Positions 10,740 through 21,991 of a stretch of 33,938 nt of DNA are shown one piece after another. A program made the translations under genes and the position numbers. The stretch comes from Macrostomum lignano (taxonomy: Eukaryota): NCBI GenBank assembly GCA_002269645.1, contig NIVC01004832.1, positions 1 through 33,938 on the forward strand. The letters run 5' to 3'. Under the pieces are notes generated by a model, which saw nothing but the letters and a program-made list of their open reading frames with translations, was not told the DNA's origin and did no database searches. Every line of letters begins with the position of its first letter. Position 1 is the stretch's first letter.

Positions 10740-11703
10740 TATAGAGATGCTAATACTGGGATCCTAGTTTTGAAAAATACTAGTTTTGGGCCATTTTTTG
10801 GTATTACCAATACCAGTATTAGGGTCCAGTATTGGTCCAGTATTGGTCTAAAATTATGTCTGTTTTTTTTTACAAATTTGCAATTTTTTATTTAAATTGC
10901 ATTTTCCTAGACATTAAAAAATGCTTTTGCTTTGGCTTTTAGCTTTAAATTTACTTGGAATTTGAGGATTTCTTAGAATTGGGGAAAATGTTCAACTTAT
11001 GCTACTATAAGGAGTAAGCCTGGGGATACTCCTGGTTGCATGAGTGTCTGAGAGGCAAGACACTATCTAATCAATCCAATGGAGAGAGAAAGGAGAAGGG
11101 CCATGTGGTGGATTGGAGTTGCCTGGGAAATGGACATGCAAATGGGGAATAGATTTACAACCATTTACAACCATATATTTGCTTGTATTTATAGTAATTT
11201 TACTAAATATGGTGGACAATTATTAACAAAATTTAAGCAATAGTATGTATATAGTAAGCATAGTAAAGCAAGGCAACATATTTAACCACTTAATAAGGAA
11301 AAATAGAATTGAAATATGAGTAGCAGATACATGTTTTTGTGATCTATTTAATGAACAATATAGCTGTATTAAGGTGAATATGATAAGGCAATCAATAAGA
11401 CAATAAGGTAAGGCTATTAAGAATGCTACTAAAATGATAAATACTGTACAAACAATTACTATTATTTCACAAATTGATTGGATTTAAAAGTCAGGACAAT
11501 TCAGTAAATGATTTATAATGCATTCAAAAGATAGGCAATACAAAAATAATAGGTAAAATGCAATAAAATTAGATTTTTTTTATTTGGGAGCTAAATATGA
11601 AAAAAGCTATTGAATTCTAGTATGCAAAACCAGTATTGGCAAAATTCTGGTATTGAATATTGGGATCCCAGTTTTGTGCAAGTCTGGTATTTTAGCATCC
11701 CTA
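10740..11703. mobile_element. Non-autonomous hAT-like element
   Basis: Termini TAGAGATGCTAATAC and (reverse complement) TAGGGATGCTAAAATAC. Subterminal CCAGTATT/AATACTGG repeats. 8-bp CTCTCCTA at 10732-10739 and 11704-11711 (putative TSD, with 2 extra nt on the left). Confidence 0.7.
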
Positions 11704-12049
11704 CTCTCCTATGGCTATACCTAATTTTTGACTGTACAAATTATTGCATAGAACTTTTTATCAACATTTATAAAAATAACAAAGATCAAAGCCTAGTATA
11801 ACACATTTGCTAATTGCCAATATATGCAATATGGGCAATATGTGTTTTATTGAACTACATTAGTAGTTTATTTAGCTGCAGCTGTTTTTGCTAAAATCGA
11901 TCACATAGATAAGATAGATACCTAAACCTACCAACAAACCATTTTTAGTATAATGGAAGTCACAATTCTTTTCCTTTATTGGTAAGGTGAACTATGCTAT
12001 GTACATACATCAATAATTAAAATAGTAGGCCTATTTAATAGATATGTTT

Positions 12050-12410
12050 AGGGGGGCCATAGCCCAGCAGTAGTGCAGCTGCTTTGGTATGCCAGTGACC
12101 CAGGCTCGATTCCAAGTGCAGTCACATTAATTTGGGGCTGAATTGGAATCTTGGCTTGGCTCTGCTTGTGCAATTAATGGCCTTGAGAGCCAACCCTCCC
12201 AAGGCACAGTGAAGTTTACATGCCTAACGATAAATAAAGTCAGGGCCGCTGTACACTCCTATGTGAGTGTGTGCTTGCATACATAACCGCGCACTTGTAT
12301 GCCTGCTCAGGGGAGTTGGCGGAATGGGCAGTAATGCCTCTCGCCAGTTGTGTACCTATGTCGCTTAAAGTATGCCAGGGTGCACACAACCCCCCTGCCT
12401 CTAATAAAAA
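12050..12410 (+). mobile_element. Full-length tRNA-derived SINE family A
   Basis: GGGGGGCC start, A box (TAGCCCAGCAGTAG), B box (GGCTCGATTCC), A-rich tail. 13-bp TSD AATAGATATGTTT at 12037-12049 and 12411-12423. Confidence 0.9.
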
Positions 12411-12859
12411 AATAGATATGTTTTGCAATTTAGATACTAGACTGATTTTTTAAGCAACAAGAGATTTTTGCATTTTCAAGGGTTATTAAAGTATTGTACG
12501 TAACGCAATAAGTACTACACATTTCAGAAATTTCCATATACCATTGTTGCAAATTGTAGCAGCTCATGATTATTATTATCACAAATTATGTAAACCTATG
12601 TGAATAGTAATTTTTGGATATTAAAGATGTATGTTCAGTCATGTTTACTACATAGCAATCAAACTTTTACTTTTTAGTTATGCTTAAAAAATTTTCCTCA
12701 TAGAATATTTTCTACAAAGAGCAGTAGGAAAAGTTTAAGGATCTGAAATGTAATATTAAATTGCTTTCTTATTTTTGTATGCACTTTCAAACAATTATCG
12801 AAAGGTGCTATATTATCGGTGGTGTGCGCACTGTGCGGTCATTCATTTTGTCTGCTGCC

Positions 12860-13150
12860 TTTTTGTCGTCGGGCCTTTTCATATTGCTTGCTCTGGTTCC
12901 AGAACCAGAACCAATTTGTGAAGTATAACTTTTTGTCTCCATAACTATAGGGAAATACGTGCTATAAAGTTTTTATTATTGAATGACAATCGCCAAGAAG
13001 AAAGTGAAAAATTGTGCTAAGTTAGGTTGTTAAGGCAGTCAAATATTAACAGAGTTTAATAGTTATACTGGTGTTTTTCTTGGAATTCCGAACCGATTCT
13101 GCTTCTGTAATTGGAGGCATTGGTAATATGAAAAGGCCCGTCGTCGTCTG
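12860..13150. mobile_element. Degenerate inverted-repeat element (MITE-like)
   Basis: CGGGCCTTTTCATATT (~12870) pairs with AATATGAAAAGGCCCG (~13125), and AGTATAACT (~12922) pairs with AGTTATACT (~13061). Ends not defined. Confidence 0.45.
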
Positions 13151-14334
13151 CCGGCAGACGTAAAAACTTTTTTAAAAAGTGAAATATAGCTACGAAAACT
13201 GTTAAGCTTAATTTTCATAACAAGAAATTGCAAGTCATGCAAAAAGTTATTATGTAATATTTTTTTGCATGCGTAATATTGTTTAACGCAGTATTTCAAA
13301 GAAAGATATATAATTTAAACATCCGTTAAAAAAGTGAATGCTCGATCATGAGCATTGTTATGATCCCTGGCCCCATCCCGATGATAATAACGTATTTGCT
13401 GTCCTGTTGCAAAGTTTATATAAACTTGTAACTTCGAATTATATTTATTAATTTTAAATTTAATGATAAAATTCATTATTTCTTGACCTATATTTGACTA
13501 GAATTTCTCCTTTGATATCGAATTTCTCTTTCTCATAAGTTAAAATAATGCATGCATTAGACCCCTTATGGCCCTATTCAAGGGTGTTGCCATAGATTTT
13601 ATGGTAGAGGGGATAAAGCCAAGAGTTCTACATGTAAATGTACACTTATACATATTTTTTAGTATTTTCAGCACTCAGCACTCATTTTGGTGTTGCAGCC
13701 ACTTTATTTTAGTGCCACAGGCACATTTTGGTGCTGCAGATATTATGTTTTGTTACACTTAAGCAAATTGATTTCTATACTGGGATACAAACTTGGGAGA
13801 CAAAGCAATGGTATTCCCCACCATCTTTTACTGGAAGTATGTCCCTTTGGCAATACTTGTAAAATATAAGTGCATTTGCTGCTGCTATGCTAGGCCCACC
13901 TTTTTTGTCTGTGCTTATAGTATTATAATATAGTATGATACTATAATATAATACAATAACACTCAACTCCAATGAGCCAAAAGTAAAAGACAGCCAATTC
14001 TAGAATAAATTTCTTAAAAATTTTGTTTTGTCAATTTTTCTCTAAAAAACAATTATTTAATTTTTAGTACTAGTAAATCTTTTTTTTTCATTTTTTAATG
14101 CCAATGCCAGCAATCTTTTAATCAATATTTGATATGGACTGATAACCTATATATTTATTTCAATCACCTACTGTGTGATTTGCTCTCCATGAAGTGTACA
14201 TAGTACTTATTTTATAATTACTTATTTAAATTCTTTTCGTTTCATTAGCCATGAAATTTTGTTCAAAGATTCATAGAAAAATTCTAGCTGCTCTTTCATA
14301 TACTATATTTTTTACAAAACTTTACTCACTAAAT

Positions 14335-14560
14335 GACCTGTATAACTTTTGACACATTTTTACAACACTTTAAAAGCTGCAAAAAAGTGTTAAAAAAAGT
14401 GCTATAATAGTTAACTTTTGCTGACACATTTTCTAACACTTTTTGCAATATTTTAATGTGTTTTTAGAAAGATTTGTTAGCAAAAGTTACATTTTAAATG
14501 TTGTAAAAGTATTGGAAGATATATCTTGTCTATAGTTGACAAAAGTTATAAAGGTAGGTC
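14335..14560. mobile_element. Small palindromic MITE-like element
   Basis: GACCTGTATAACTTTTG versus CAAAAGTTATAAAGGTAGGTC, plus an inner AACTTTTGCTGAC / GTTAGCAAAAGTT pair. Confidence 0.4.
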
Positions 14561-14730
14561 TACTAAATTGCTTACATTTACATACATGATACATGTATAT
14601 AAAATATTGTGTTAATTGGAAAAAAATAAAAGAAGTCTACAAATTTCTGCAAAAATATATCATTGCTTAACTAATTTATACTTAGACCAATTCAGCTGCT
14701 CCCATTTTTGTCTATGACACTGGTTACTTT

Positions 14731-15345
14731 GGTTTCCAGTTCATTTGTCTACTAACAGTTCATCTGCTAAGTAGATGAACCAACTTTTTCTTATAAAACT
14801 GTTTGTCTACTGGGAAATAGGGTGGGGATGATTGAGGAGTAGGGTGGGGACTACGGAACTACCCAGCAACCTCTCTCCATTGGCGTCAACATTGTTAAAG
14901 TGGTTCACAATGGGTCTTTCATTGTTTGTTAATTTCACAATATACACCTACAATAAGTCCCCCTCTCTCTAAACTGTTTTCCTTAGTAAACTTGCATGTT
15001 GCTATAGCTGCATCTAGAGCATGCATTAAAAAATGTAATGCATTTCAAATTTAAAAAATTTTCAAAGAAGTCCCTAATAGGCCTATATATATGGATGACA
15101 TTCGTCATTCAAAGAGACTAACTGTCTCTATAGCATTTTAACAATGTTAATGACAAGGTTGTGGGTTGGGCAGTTTCCCACCCCACCCTACTCTTTATCC
15201 TCACCTCAATTCCTAGTAGACAAACAGTTTTACAAAGAAATAACTTTTTGTCTACTCAACAGATGAACTATTAGTAGACAAAACAACTGGCATCCATTAT
15301 TTTTGCTAGCAGCCAAATTGTCAGCAGACAAATTGACTGGGAACC
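14731..15345. mobile_element. Foldback-type non-autonomous DNA transposon with long inverted arms
   Basis: The left arm (TTTGTCTACTAACAGTTCATCTG...AAAACTGTTTGTCTACT...GAGTAGGGTGGGG) is the reverse complement of the right arm over >100 bp. Outer ends are GGTTTCCAGT and ACTGGGAACC. Confidence 0.75.
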
Positions 15346-16399
15346 AAATTTTTCTTAGTTAGGCTTATCAGTTGTTAGGGTCTAAAATATTGACATAATT
15401 TAGGCATAATATTTTCTCCACTCAGCTTTTTATAAGATTAGTTCTAATGTAAAACCAGACTAATTCTGATTTCAGAACCAAATTAGTAGGAAAATGAAAC
15501 CATCAAATGTATTCTATATCTTTAAATATTAGTCTTTTTAATTAAGCATAATATTTAGGCTACTTTTGTCATTCTTTGACTTATTTCATCCTTTCAGCTA
15601 ATCTATATGACAATTTTATATTGTTTGTCCATCTTTGTCTGTCTTTGATTTTTTGAAAACTATTAAAATTAGCTTTAAAAAGGTCTAATCTTCTGGCAAC
15701 CATTTATAACCTTTTTTGATAAAAAATTCATATGGGAAGTAGGTCAATTGTTTAGAAAGAGTTTTTTCATTTTTTTCAATAGGCACCTTTATTTTTTAAT
15801 TTAGTTGCTTAGTTCAACCATTTAGGCCTCTCCTTGGCCTTTGTACAGTGTTCAATATTCACAATATAGCTAAGGAGTTTTATGACCCTTTATGTGGCAG
15901 GCTTGCAATTTAATTGTGGTATTGATTGATTTTTATTGTTTATTTAACTAGTCTGATAGCCAATGATTAATGAAAGTATAGGGAATTATAAAGATTTTTT
16001 TGTTTCTAGATCAGAATTTTAAGGCCATGCTTAAGAAGTTAACAGGGTATATATTAGAATGAAATTTTGGCAATAGCTAATTGTGTTCAAAAAAATGAAA
16101 TTCTGTACCAGGAATATCTCTCTAAAAAGGTCATTTAAATGAAAGATTTTTTATTTTTATATGGCTTACCAGACTGTATACCAAATATACATAAAAAATG
16201 TAGCATATAAGGTACATTTTTTAAAGCATGGAAATAAAGTCTAGGCCTAAGGATAATAGATCAATCTGTGATTAAAACAGCTAGTTAAAGCAAGCAACAA
16301 AATTAAGTTTGTTTATCTTTCATGATTGGCTAGATAAAAAGTGACAAAAGAAGTTGTTATGATTTGTAGAAGTGTAGCTTGTCTAACAAATAGTAGGAA

Positions 16400-17400
16400 A
16401 ATAAACGTCAACAAAAACATAAAAAGTAAACTTTGGTAAATTCTAGCCAACGCATTTCATCAAACATAAGACGTCGTCAGGGCAAATTCAATCAACCTAA
16501 GATCACACCACCAATGTATTTAAGCAAAATCACTGTACAGTCCAGAGGCGGGTCAACACAGTCCGGTAGAATTTAGAAAATGCCAAGTACACAACAAAGT
16601 GAGAGAGAAAAAAAAATAATAAATAGGCATAGCTCTGCTCACAGTACTCTTAGCTTACGCTCCACCCCATTGCTAGCAAGCTGCACATTCAGGTTGGGTT
16701 TGTGCATTCTGATATATGAAGCTTCGATAATCTTAAGCTGGTGGTCAAATTTGCACCCATCCAGCACTTTAAAGAGCTGAATCGGTTCACCGTCACAGCA
16801 TTTTTTACAAACAAGCAGATGGTCATTAATCGCAGAGCTTTTTAGCCAATGTTCCCTAGCTCTAGTGTGCAGGTGTCGCTTCGTTTTTCCAATGTAGGAA
16901 ATGCTCTGATCCTCAGAGCAGCGAAATTGGTAAACAACACCAGCCCTTAGAGCAAGTGGAACAGCTGACTTGAGCCTGCTAGCATAGCAACCAATCTTTT
17001 CGGTGCGAAACACAATCCTAACGGTGCACTTAAGCCATTTGCTAAACATTTTCTCAAGTTTTTTCTTAAAGTCAAGTGAAGCGTTGCCAAAAAATAGGAG
17101 AACCAACAGAGCGTCCCAAGAATCTATCTCCGGTTGCCTGGGTCTCGCATTGCTAGAAACTTTCTTAGTGACAAATGCATTGATAATACGGCTGACAAAA
17201 CTAAGAGGGTAACCGTTAGATCTAAGGATTTTAGTCAGGGCACAAACCTCTTGGTAAAATAAACTCCAAGAACTGCTCACCTCGTAGGCTCCATGAAGAA
17301 GGCACCTAACTAACCCGGATTTCCAGTGAGTTGGACATAAAGCATGAAAACTTAACATCAGCCCAGTAAATGTCGGTTTACGGTAAACTTTCATAAGAGG
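16400..17400 (-). mobile_element. 5'-truncated Penelope-like retroelement (RT thumb/C-terminus + GIY-YIG endonuclease; ORF 16639-17394) with 3' pLTR region
   Basis: VYRKPTFTG...LRSNGYP (PLE RT C-terminus) followed by GVVYQFRC...SYIGKTKRHLHTRAREH...IIEASYI...KPNLN (GIY-YIG). Boundaries approximate. Confidence 0.9.
16440..16489 (-). ncRNA. Minimal type I hammerhead ribozyme, probably decayed, in the PLE 3' region
   Basis: Minus strand reads GAAUUUGCC-CUGACGA-C-GUC-uuauguuu-GAU-GAAA-UGCGUU-GGCUAGAAUUU: catalytic core, 3-bp stem II, near-palindromic stem III and stem I GCC/GGC. Confidence 0.6.
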
Positions 17401-17717
17401 ACAGTGTCCAGAACAGAAAGAAATGTTATGATTTCTTCTCTAGTGGAAGACAATGAGCGAAGACCTCTTAATAACTGCTCTCTAAACAAAGTTTCTTATT
17501 TCATGTTGTCATAACATTATTTTTTTATTTTCAAGCTTGAAGCATCGCTTCTTTAGCTTATGGCTAGGTGTATGTGCGACTGAGTCGTCTATGGCCACAC
17601 CCAACAGAAGTGTCTTCCCCATACTGCTAATGGTATCCTATTGCAGCCAATGGCCATTTTCAACTATCTAGCATCTGTGCATTTAGCACAGATTGGTCTT
17701 TAGCTATATAGGCACAG

Positions 17718-17910
17718 CGTGGGTGGCGGGAGGTTGGGGCACCAGGGGCACATGCCCCCCCCCCCCCCTAGAAAATGAGTCTACATGGTATAGCATTTTT
17801 AGTGCTTTTTCTGATTTTAGGCCCTAATTAGCAGCTTATAAAGGTACCTGTGCCCCCTTTGCCCTGTGCCTGATGCCCCCCCCCTAAAATATTTGGCTCC
17901 ACTGCCCCTG
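17718..17910. mobile_element. Possible hAT-type MITE remnant
   Basis: GC-rich island with GGGGCACATGCCCCC and GTGCCCCCTTTGCCC motifs, ending GCTCCACTGCCCCTG. AGGCACA flanks both sides. The left TIR is not clearly recoverable. Confidence 0.35.
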
Positions 17911-18178
17911 AGGCACAATCTAATATACTGATATAGTCTAGCACTAGAAAAGGGGGCATCTGGCACAGATCAGACCTTGACTACAAATGGGTGATAATAT
18001 AATACCTAGAGTAAGAAAATATAGCATATAGTATTAGCTAGTTTTTTCAGTAGAATAATGGTGCCATTTGGCATTCTAGGTCCAAAACCCTGATGCCAAA
18101 CTGAAAACTAGAATTCCAGTTGGCATCAATAAAAAATGTTGAAATTAAGAAAATTCCTATCTTTCATCTGCCCCTCAC

Positions 18179-19037
18179 CAGTGTTGTTATAGGAATTTCT
18201 GAAAAAAATTCCGCAGATTAAGAAAAATCTGCAGAATATATTTCTTATGAATTAGAAAGTTAAAAGATCCATTTTTAATCCTCAAAATACTTGTTCACAA
18301 TATTATTAAAACCAATTTCAACAACATCCTAACCAAGGAATCTAAATCCTAATGTATTTCAGGTCTCCTAAAGTAAAATGCTAACAATATAAAATTAGCA
18401 TAGTAGCAAAGCATATAAAATTAGTGGAGACATATAGAGGGAAAAGGAGAGATAGACGGAAAACAGACAGAGACAAATGCAGAGAGACAGAGAAAGAGAA
18501 AAAGTATCAATAGCAGCCTTGAAGCTCTGCATGTAACTGTTATCCCAATGAAGCACATTTTTCAGTATCTCCAATAGCTGAGGGTTGAGCCCTTGCACCA
18601 TCTCCTGCCTCGTTTGAAGTTCGGTGTCACAGAAGAACAGCCTGCAGAACTTGAATGAGCTTCTGTCACCAGGAAGAAGGCTGTCGATTTTATGGTAGAT
18701 TTCCCTGTGAATGATCACACTGAGGTATCCACCAGGCATTTGCCGCTCCTCCACTCCTATTTATTTATATTCTATCAGCCAGATGGAACACTAGCTGATA
18801 CAAGTCTGTCAGTTCAGCTATATTAAAAAAGTTAAGTGATATAACAAAAAAATAAATGAAAATAGAAAACACAAAAAAGATAGGAACCATACTTGTAAAT
18901 GTAAAACATTGTTTTTATATACAGTTTTGCAAAAAAAAAATCCACAGAAATTCAAAAACAAATAAAATAATCAGCATTTTCCTCAGAAAGCTAAAAAATC
19001 CGCAATGCAGAAATTTCCACAGCTTGTAACACCACTG
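18179..19037. mobile_element. Non-autonomous hAT-like element carrying a Helitron Rep fragment
   Basis: Termini CAGTGTTGTTA...GGAATTTCTG and (reverse complement) CAGTGGTGTTA...GGAAATTTCTG. Flanking 8-mers CCCCTCAC and CCCCCCAC (7/8 identical). Confidence 0.65.
18505..18754 (-). pseudogene. Helitron RepHel N-terminal fragment
   Basis: IHREIYHKIDSLLP...KFCRLFFCDTE...LNPQLLEILKNVLHWDNSYMQSFKAAID resembles the Helitron consensus I.G..YH.IGSLLP...P.FAQLY..DT...L...L..ML...NPY...F..A.D. Confidence 0.75.
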
Positions 19038-19515
19038 CCCCCCACAGTGCTCTTTCTAAGTCTAGGATACCAAAATAAAAGTCAGGATATCATGGCACCT
19101 ATATACCACAGAAAACCTAGAGTAATAGTAACCTATGCACTAAGGTTTTTATCAATAGGGTTGCTACATAGGCCTAATAACTTTCCAAATTATATAATTC
19201 TAGCCTATGCAAAGAAATTTTAGCAACTGCATTAAAATTTATTGACACTTTAGATAACTATCAATAAAAAATAGGCCTCGATACTCAAATTTTTGCATTT
19301 TATTTGCTATTGGCTAATGCTAAGCAATGTATCTAGTTATTCTAATATCTGTAAGTCAACCAGGTTGTAAAAAATGGTTTTTATTGCAATAGTTATTTGT
19401 ATTTATTTTATTTTTATATAGGTTAATCTAATATTTCATCAAATTACTTAATATTAGTAGACTTTAATACTTTATAATTACTATTCATGTTGTCAATATT
19501 AGTACAAAGCCACAA

Positions 19516-20674
19516 ATGTTATCACAAGACTCGCAGTATGGAACTGTTAATGGAGCTCAAGGTTCTTCTGATGCTGCCATTGATCGTGTAAGCTCATAAA
19601 TCATAATGAGAGATTAACAAGATTTGTAGTTGGCATGGGGGTTGTAGCCTAGTGGTCAGAGCATTGGACTCATGACTTGAAGGTTGGGTGTTCGATTCCC
19701 GAATCCCACTGGAGCAATTTGTGTCCTTGAGCAAGACACTTAACTCTGCATTGCTTCGGTTCACCCAGCTGTAAAATGGGTGCCAGCATTAGCGTGTGTG
19801 TGGCGACCGTCAGACAGCTGCGTCTGAGCTGTTGGTTGCACATCTGCCCATTGAGGCAGGTGTAATCAATTATTATTATTATTAGTTGGTATGCTCTTGT
19901 CAAAGTAAAAATGAAACTTAATAGTATAAAAAAAGTTATTTGCTTTAAAGCATTGTATTTTGGTATTACAGTATACTTATGGTACTTTCCATGACACCAA
20001 ATTGCATTATTTTTATTTTAGATCGTTTGTGACATGCCCGGTACCTCACACAGTTCAGCTGCCAGAGATGAGTAAGTTTACCTGCCATTTTTATTGACTA
20101 AAGTTTGAAAATGCATATGTTATTTATTATGTCTGACAGTCACAGAACCCTATGGGATAGAGAAAGAATGTTCTACAGTCCCATTAAGAATGCCCGATTC
20201 GTTTGCAGCGCCGATGCAGAGCCGGGTCCCGTGCCCAACATGAGCTTCAGCTATCAGGTCAGAACACACCGTACTCCGGCTCCATCGCGGCTGGATGTGA
20301 TCAAAGCGCCACTGCTCAAATACGGTCCTAGGTGAGTAAACTTTACAGCTTCTTTTAGTCGACTAAGGCTTGATTTGAATCGAACAGCAACGTCTTGTAT
20401 ACTGAAATCTTAATTTCTAGCTGGCTGTCCCATCCTGAGATCCAGCATCACTGTCGCCTCATTCTGCTTTCGTCGTTTTTCTGCACCTTTGGCGTTGGTA
20501 AGCTTTATAATGTTTGTGTATTTGTTTTACTTCTAATGTCATTTCTTTCATCTCCTCTCCGTCTGGCTCACGCAGTGCTGCTGATAGTCGGCGTGTACAT
20601 CCTGAGCGCGCCGCCGCATCCGAATTTCAGCGCCATCTTCATTGTTGGCGGAGTGATCATCTTCATTCCCGGCA
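19516..20674 (+). CDS. TMEM134: TMEM134-like membrane protein, exons 19516-19587, 20022-20071, 20140-20331, 20421-20497, 20576-20674; last exon not in window
   Basis: All junctions are GT-AG with compatible phases (0,2,2,1,1). The spliced SWLSHPEIQHHCRLILLSSFFCTFGVVLLIVGVYILSAPPHPNFSAIFIVGGVIIFIPG aligns to TMEM134 W.QHPLI.KN.RVVLASF...LG.VLILVG...SAIF.VPG.LLLVPG. The start codon and first two exons are less certain. Confidence 0.75.
19637..19883 (+). mobile_element. Full-length tRNA-derived CORE-SINE (family B) in TMEM134 intron 1
   Basis: A box TAGCCTAGTGGTC, B box GTTCGATTCC. The central TGTGTCCTTGAGCAAGACACTTAACT...CTGTAAAATGGG resembles the MIR CORE domain. (ATT)n tail. TSD TAGTTGGCAT / TAGTTGGTAT. 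Confidence 0.88.
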
Positions 20675-21226
20675 GTGAGATTCTGACTGCTAATTTTGGC
20701 AGTAGTATAGGAAAAGTAGGTTTGAGCGCAACCCATTTTGAAAAATCACAAAAAACAGATAAAAATCGACTAAAAACAGGTGAAAATTGTCTGAAAACAG
20801 TGATTTTAGTGATTTTTCAAAAGTTTCGAAAAATTGCTTTTTGCGCGATTTCGTGAGTAAAACCACAAGAAATTTTTGATTCGTGGGTTAAAATAACCTA
20901 TTTTCATGTTTCATCATTTCAAAACTAGCATCAAATTTAATAATAGTCTTTTCTCCCATTGCATAACGCCCTTCAATAAGCCAATCTTACTAGCTTTGCT
21001 TTTAACGATCAGTCAGCTACCATCTATGCATAAAAATTGTCCACTCGAGGCATACAATGCTTTTACAAAAGTCAATAATTTGCTCCTGCACATTCGCTTT
21101 GTCCCGAGGCTTTGAAATGGCTTTAATGTTGTTCTAGATTTGTACTTAAAGATAATAGAAGACATTCAAGAACATGGAGCGCTAATTTAAATTTTTCGTG
21201 GCATGCATACTCGACTACTAGAGCAC

Positions 21227-21780
21227 TAACCGCAGCACTCAACATTTCTATTGGCTGCCAAAATTTCTGCCAAAACCAAAATTTTTGCCAAAATTTCTGC
21301 CAAAAAGTGTTTGGTTTTGGCATCCAATAGGAGTGGCTCGTGCAAATCTTTTGTGTTCACCCTCTATCTAGCTGTAAAAAAAGACATGAAGTGGGCCACG
21401 CAAGTTACAAACGAACAATGCTCTCGCGACCCTACCTACGGACGATTTCACTAACCCTTTTCTAAATTATGTATCTTAAAAATGGAACAAATAGCAGGAG
21501 AAATTCTCCTCAAAGCAATTTTTATATTGTGACTCAGCTTTAACGTCGTGCGAAACCCACACTGAGTGAAGCGTATGGTCAAATAGGCTCTCGCAGGAAC
21601 TCACCAAACTAACTATACATAACCGCAGCACTGAACATTGCTATTGGCTGCCAAAATTTCTGCCAAATCTTGCGACCAAAATTTCTGCCAAAAAAGTTTT
21701 GGTTTTGGCAACCAATAGGAGCGTCTCATGCTAGTCTATTGTGTTCACCCCCTTTCTAAAAAGACACGAAGCGCACCACG
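21227..21780 (+). repeat. Two ~160-175 bp direct repeats (21227-21400, 21620-21780), each with a 16-bp inverted repeat enclosing GCCAAAA iterons
   Basis: Both copies begin TAACCGCAGCACT. Arms CTATTGGCTGCCAAAA and TTTTGGCA(T/A)CCAATAG occur at 21248-21330 and 21641-21718. Confidence 0.9.
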
Positions 21781-21790
21781 TTACAGAATC

Positions 21791-21958
21791 ATGCAAGATA
21801 AGAGACTATACAATAGGCGAACCACTAGAGTATAATGGAGAAGGTCTTTTTTGATACTATAAGCACCATATCAAACTTAGTAAAAGACAAATCTACCTTT
21901 CATAGAACAGGCAGGTGCAGCAGCAGGCTCTATTGCTACAGCAGTTAACGCAGCCTAA
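21791..21958 (+). pseudogene. Small frameshifted ORF, probable amphipathic core peptide
   Basis: Joining frames gives ...NGEGLFDTISTISNLVKD-LPFIEQAGAAAGSIATAVNAA*, resembling the EGEGIGDMISGVTNFL segment of the 23303 ORF. Needs about three indel corrections. Confidence 0.4.
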
Positions 21959-21991
21959 GTCTGTAGATTACTTAAATTTATTTTTATAAAA

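Noticed and set aside
12051-12122. tRNA genes at 12051 and 19637
   Set aside because: Both have A/B boxes but continue into repeat bodies with tails and TSDs, so they are SINE heads.
18092-18129. 12-bp hairpin TGATGCCAA(A)CTG / CAGTTGGCATCA
   Set aside because: Isolated, with no TSD or other context; likely a repeat remnant.
10081-19500. Short ORFs of 60-80 aa in the AT-rich interval (e.g. 11610, 13063, 13568, 19005)
   Set aside because: They lie in repeats or low-complexity DNA and have no motifs, no splice support and host-atypical composition.
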